Below, piece after piece: positions 62,755 through 64,000 of a stretch of DNA of 64,000 nucleotides (the stretch's first letter is position 1; every line of letters starts with the position of its first letter). Source of the stretch: a virus (taxonomy: Duplodnaviria > Caudoviricetes). The notes beneath the pieces are model-generated. The model made no database searches. It saw nothing but the letters and a program-made list of their open reading frames with translations, and was not told where the DNA came from. The position numbers and the translations under genes are program-made. The stretch lies in the IMG/VR virus record IMGVR_UViG_3300013901_000007, positions 43,526-107,525 of that record, one strand, 5' to 3'.

Positions 62755-63705
62755 TTATTTAATGTGAGTATATTCCTGCGCTACTTTTTCCCATGGTTCT
62801 AATTTTAACGCAGGTAGATTTAGTTTGTTAATAGATTGATTTAGATACAAGTTTGCAAGTTCTGTTGCAATAGATTCACCTAATTCATAATGAGTTTTAC
62901 GATTTCTACTACGTTGAGCATATTGACGTTTGCGTATTCTTTCATATTCTTGACGTTGTTTATTATAACATTCATCACATATGTCTTTTTTAGTTTTTGT
63001 GGTATATGGAAATTCTTTCCCACAAATCTGACATTTTAATTTAGGAATTTCAATAAGATCTAAATAATTTATTAAATCAGACGGATCATGAAATGTAATA
63101 ATTGGCGTTCCTGTTTCTTTTACAAAACTTAAATGTGAGACGTGGAATTGTTTTACTATCTTAGATTGAATTGGACAACTAGCTTTTCGATTAAGATCAA
63201 TTAAAGCTTCGGTGTAATCTCCATATCTTTTTCCTGGATTACTGGTTTCAAATGCATAACCTCTCACTTTATTATCAAAATAACAAACACCTTTAGTGAA
63301 TGAATAATATTTATATACCGCTAATAACATAAACAAATATTTACGAAATTCATATGAGGTTAAAATATTATTAATAGCATCAATTTCTTCTTGAAAAATC
63401 ACCAAGTTGACACTATCCATTCTTTTAAAAGAATTAGTGCCTCCTGCAATAACTCCTTTGTTATATAAAGTATCAAAATACATTTCCAACTCTTCAGGAT
63501 GTAAACTATCAACGGCAGAATATTGTGAAGCAGGAATAGATAACCATTTCGCACGGATCCTTTCTTTATCCCACCCAAGTCTGACTAAATAAGCAATCAA
63601 CCAGATTTGTTGACGGTACTCTTCTCTTCTTTCCCAACGATCATTATGAGAATATTCGTTTGATTGTAAAATTTTAATACAGTTATTTCGCCAATTAAAA
63701 ATCAT
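62755..63705 (-). CDS. Hypothetical protein with C-terminal zinc ribbon (start MIFNW)
   Basis: CQICG...CDEC; GGAGGT RBS. Confidence 0.65.
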   Translation of the reverse strand: MIFNWRNNCIKILQSNEYSHNDRWERREEYRQQIWLIAYLVRLGWDKERIRAKWLSIPASQYSAVDSLHPEELEMYFDTLYNKGVIAGGTNSFKRMDSVNLVIFQEEIDAINNILTSYEFRKYLFMLLAVYKYYSFTKGVCYFDNKVRGYAFETSNPGKRYGDYTEALIDLNRKASCPIQSKIVKQFHVSHLSFVKETGTPIITFHDPSDLINYLDLIEIPKLKCQICGKEFPYTTKTKKDICDECYNKQRQEYERIRKRQYAQRSRNRKTHYELGESIATELANLYLNQSINKLNLPALKLEPWEKVAQEYTHIK

Positions 63706-63727
63706 GTTGAAATACCTCCACATCTTT

Positions 63728-63756
63728 ATTTTACTCTTTTTTTGTTCAAGATGCAA
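63728..63756 (-). promoter_or_regulatory. sigmaA promoter
   Basis: TTGCAT-17 nt-TAAAAT with A/T tracts upstream. Confidence 0.6.
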
Positions 63757-64000
63757 GGAAAAATTTTTGTAAAAATTGTTTTCGGGTAAAATAATATTAA
63801 ATATACTTAAATGTAATAGACTTAGGATTACTATTAAGGAAGAATTTATGAAATGAATAAGTATATATATGAATGTAATGAATATATATACTTATGAATG
63901 TAATAAATTATTACTTAATATAAGTAATACTAAGGATATTATATTTAAGTATTAAATAATATATATTTAGATACTACGTAGTAGGAGATAAATATATATT

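Noticed and set aside
1265-63592. Short plus-strand and nested ORFs in the track
   Set aside because: They are antisense or alternate-frame shadows of long minus-strand genes, with no recognisable motifs.
1-64000. Stop-codon reassignment as the cause of fragmented genes
   Set aside because: TAA, TAG and TGA all end genes followed by new RBS-led ORFs; the breaks are explained by introns and insertions.

Overview
A 64 kb segment of a large, AT-rich tailed phage with SPbeta/c-st-like siphovirus organisation. The host is probably Bacillota (strong AGGAGG RBSs, sigma70/sigmaA promoters) and the genetic code is standard. Essentially all genes lie on the minus strand. In transcription order (right to left): Zn-ribbon protein, metallophosphoesterase, terminase module, portal, protease/scaffold, decoration protein, major capsid, head-tail and tail genes, a free-standing homing endonuclease, holin, four GPT-collagen fibre proteins plus a GT2-TPR glycosyltransferase, RuvC, tyrosine recombinase, glutaredoxin/nrdD/nrdG, tail-fibre genes, a radical SAM plus two nucleotidyltransferases, tRNA-Ala(UGC), phoH, an FTR-like protein, a ~3082 aa tape measure protein and a BspA-type LRR protein cut by the window edge. 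The ORF track fragments several genes because four group I introns are present (terL, major capsid, nrdD, tape measure); each has splice sites that restore the reading frame. Highlights: (1) the terL intron carries tnpB without any transposase, and a putative omega-RNA ends exactly at the 3' splice site, suggesting an RNA-guided homing intron; (2) a separate 145-nt IS605-type mini-element keeps its omega-RNA; (3) nrdD is fractured into two polypeptides with novel extensions and no intein motifs; (4) the tape measure protein contains a PD-(D/E)XK nuclease domain. All protein assignments come from motif recognition by eye; no searches or RNA folding were run.
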